This document shows, one piece after another, positions 60,950-64,000 of a DNA stretch of 64,000 bases. The position numbers and the translations under genes were made by a program. The number at the start of each line of letters is the position of its first letter. Position 1 is the first letter of the stretch. The notes beneath the pieces are model-generated. The model saw only the letters and a list, made by a program, of their open reading frames with translations, was not told the origin of the DNA and ran no database searches. This stretch comes from Sphyrna mokarran (Eukaryota): NCBI GenBank assembly GCA_024679065.1, contig JAGIQG010000009.1, positions 89,900,001-89,964,000 of the forward strand, read 5' to 3'.

Positions 60950-62457
60950 TTAGGCATAACTATAAGGTTCATGGTGGGAGATATAGGGGGGGTGTCTAAG
61001 GTAGGTTCTTTACTCAGAGAATGGTTGGGGTGTGGAATGCGCTGCCTACTGTGATAGTGGAATCGGACCCTTTAGGAACTTGCAAGCAGTTATTGAATAG
61101 ACACATGGAGCACACTAGAATGATAGGGAATGGGATAGCTTGATCTTGGTTTTGGACAAACGTCGGCACAACATCGAGGGCCGAAGGGTCTGTACTATGC
61201 TGTACCATTCTATGTCCTATATTCTGGTTAACATGCTTTTGAAAGTATGTTATCTCCGACGTCCCACTTACCAGATATCTTTTACCTTCCCACAGTCTCC
61301 CCCAATTAACATTTGAAAGTTCCTGCCTAATAGCATCAAAATTGGTCTTGCTCCAATTTAGAATTTTAACTTTTGGGCCAGACCTATCACTCTCTATAGC
61401 TATCTTAAAACTAATGGAATTATGGTCACTGGTCCCAAAGTGACCCCTCACTAACACTTCTGTCACCTGCCCTTCCTTATTTCCCGAGAGGAAGTCAAGT
61501 TTTGTCCCCTCTCTATTTGGGCCAGCCCAATAACTGAATAAGAAATTCCTCCTGAATACACTCAACAAATTTTTCTCCATCCAACCTGCTAATGCTATGG
61601 CTGTCCAAATCAATGTTGGGAAAGTTAAAATCCTCTACTATTATCACCCTGTTTTTCTTAGGGCTATCTATAATCTCTTTATATATTTGCTCCTCAATTT
61701 CCCGCCGACTATTTGGGGGCTTATAGTACAACCCTATCAAAGTTCTTATTTCTCAGTTCTACCCACAGAGATTCAGTGGCCAAATCCTCAGATATATTCC
61801 CTTTCTGTACGGCCGTGATACTTCCCCTAATCTCCTCAGCAACTCCCCTTCCTCTCTTACCTCCTGTTCTATCTTTCCTATAGCATCTGTATCCTGGGAT
61901 ATTGAGCTGCCAGTCCTGTCCTTCCCTTAGCCATGTTTCAGTAATTGCTATAATATCCCAATCTCACGTACCCATCCATGCCCTGAGTTCATTTGCCTTA
62001 CCCGCCAGGCCTCTTGCATTGAAATAAATGGGGTTTAATCTAAATTTCCTTGCTCTCAGTCTTGCTTCTGTCTGATTTGTCTGGTACTAGGATTATGGAC
62101 ACTGCCTTTACTACTTAATGTGCTCTCTTTAATTTCCATGCTGACTTCAAATTTCTCTTCTGTCTCCCTACTGTTTTGGATCCACCCCACCCACCGCCAA
62201 GCCAAACTAGTTTAAATCCTCCTGAGTGGCTCTAGCAATTCTCTCCACTAGGATGTTAGTTTCCCTTCCAGTTCAGGTGTAACCCATTTCTCTTGAGCAG
62301 GTCAACACTTCCCCAGAAAAGATCCCAATGATCCAAAAATCTAAATCCCTGGCCCTTGCACCAGCTCTCAAGCTACGCATTCATCTGCCTAATCTTCCTG
62401 TTCCTACTCTCAGTACCATGTGGCACCAGTAGTAATCCAGAAATTACTACCTTTGAG
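60950..62457. mobile_element. CR1 3' tail (+, about 60950-61217) abutting a CR1 ORF1-end/endonuclease fragment (-, about 61225-62457)
   Basis: GRFFTQR..WNALP-coding tail. EN motifs YKPPN, EDFNFPNID, GTSDHN in ORFs 61513-61740 and 61014-61613. Confidence 0.85.
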
Positions 62458-63787
62458 ATCATAGAAACATAGAAAAACTACAGCACAATACAGGCCCTTT
62501 GGCCCACAAAGAAGTGCCGAACATGTCGCTACCTTATAGATTACTAGGCTTATCTAAAACTCTCTATTTTACTAAGTTCCATGTAGTTATCTAAAAGTCT
62601 CTTAAAAGGCTCTATCGTATCTGCCTCCACCACCACCACTGGCAGCCGATTCCATGTACCCACCACCTTCTGAGTGAAAAACTTACCCCTGACGTCTCCT
62701 CTGTACCTACTCCCCAGCATCTAAACCTGTCCTCTTGTGGCAACCGTTTCAATCCTGGGAAAAAGCTTCTCAATCAATACCTTTCAACATCTCATACACC
62801 ACTATCAGGTCACCCCTCATCCTTCGTCTTTCTATGGAGAAAAGACTGAGCTCTCTCAACCTATCCTCATAAGACATGCTCCTCAATCCAGGCAACATTC
62901 TTGTAAATTTCCTCTGCACCCTTTCTATGGCTTCCACATCCTTCCTGTAATGAGGCAATTAGAACACAGTGGGGTCTGGATCTGTTCCCTTGTGATCTTT
63001 AGTGGGGAGGTTCTGAGTGCAGCTTTAATCTGTTTCCATATTGTGTACCTAATTTCAGAAAATTTGTTGTCCAATAACAATAAGCCATGCAAGGCTTATT
63101 GGGAAAGTGAGGGGGCTTGGGATCCAAGGGGACATTGCTTTGTGGATCCAGATTGGCTTGTCCACAGAAGACAAAGAGTGGTTGTAGATGGGTCCAAGTG
63201 GGGTCTGACCAGGGTCCTTTATAGCTGCAACATTATCTCTCGATTCCTGAACTCAATTCCTTGATTAATGAAGGCCAGTACATCACATGTCTTCTTAACA
63301 ACAGCTTCAACCTGCGCAGCTGCTTTGAGTGTCCTATGAACTCAGACCCCAAGATCCTTCTGATCTTCCACACTGCCAAGAGTCCCACCATTAATATTAT
63401 ATTCTGCCATCCTATTTGACCTACCAAAATGAATCACTTCACACTTATCTGGGTTCAACTTCATCTGCCACTTCTCCACGCAGTTTTGTATCCTATTAAT
63501 GTCTCGCTGCAACTTCTGACATCCCTCCACACTATTCACAACACCTCCAACTTTTGTGTCATCAGCAAACTTACCAACCCATCCCTCCACTTCCTCATTT
63601 ATAAAAATCACAAAGAGTAAGGATCACGACAGATCCCTGGGACATTCCACTCGTGACCAACCTCCATGCAGAAAAAGACCCATCTACAACCACTCTTTGC
63701 CTTTTGTGGACAAGCCAATCTGGATCCACAAAGCAATGTCCCCTTGGATCCCATGCCCCTCGCTTTCTCAATAAGCCTTGCATGGGG
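62458..63787 (-). mobile_element. 5'-truncated CR1 carrying an internal inverted duplication (62974-63194)
   Basis: RT ORFs 62770-62958 and 63342-63611; the insert is the reverse complement of 63677-63892. Confidence 0.9.
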
Positions 63788-64000
63788 GATCTGTTATCGG
63801 ACAACAAATTTTCTGAAATTGGGTACACAACATGGAAGCAGACTAAAGCTGCACTCAGAACCTCCCCACTAAAGATCACAACAGATCCAGACAAGAAGGC
63901 AAAAGACATGTTTTTAAAATGCAAACAAGGGCTAACACACAAAGGATGGCACCAACAGCAGGAGCCCATACCTACGCAACCTAGGATTGGAAAAGGGAGG

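Overview
Eukaryotic, repeat-dense vertebrate DNA. The repeat families (CR1/HER1-type LINEs with TGTTCTA tails, HE1-type V-SINEs, Deu-domain SINE, Penelope-like elements) and the protein sequence point to a cartilaginous fish, most likely a shark. The one host gene I can support is an intact six-exon MHC class II beta-chain gene on the minus strand: ATG at 41069, stop at 10515, 813 nt / 270 aa, all introns GT-AG and phase 1. The ORF track shows it only in fragments. Its promoter has a well-conserved X-Y module (20-bp spacing) that lies about 350 bp upstream of the TATA-like box, with an array of 11 co-oriented CCAAT boxes running from the Y box to the TATA-like box. The rest of the window is layered transposon debris: at least six young CR1 copies in three subfamilies forming inverted and direct pairs in and around the gene, older CR1/L2/Rex1 LINEs, Penelope-like elements including short palindromic copies with degenerate hammerhead-ribozyme cores, two related solo LTRs, PIF/Harbinger remnants and SINEs. 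I see no class II alpha gene, RNA gene or CRISPR array. I did not find a clearly new biological system; the promoter architecture is the most unusual element. Repeat boundaries were read by eye and are approximate unless a junction is quoted.
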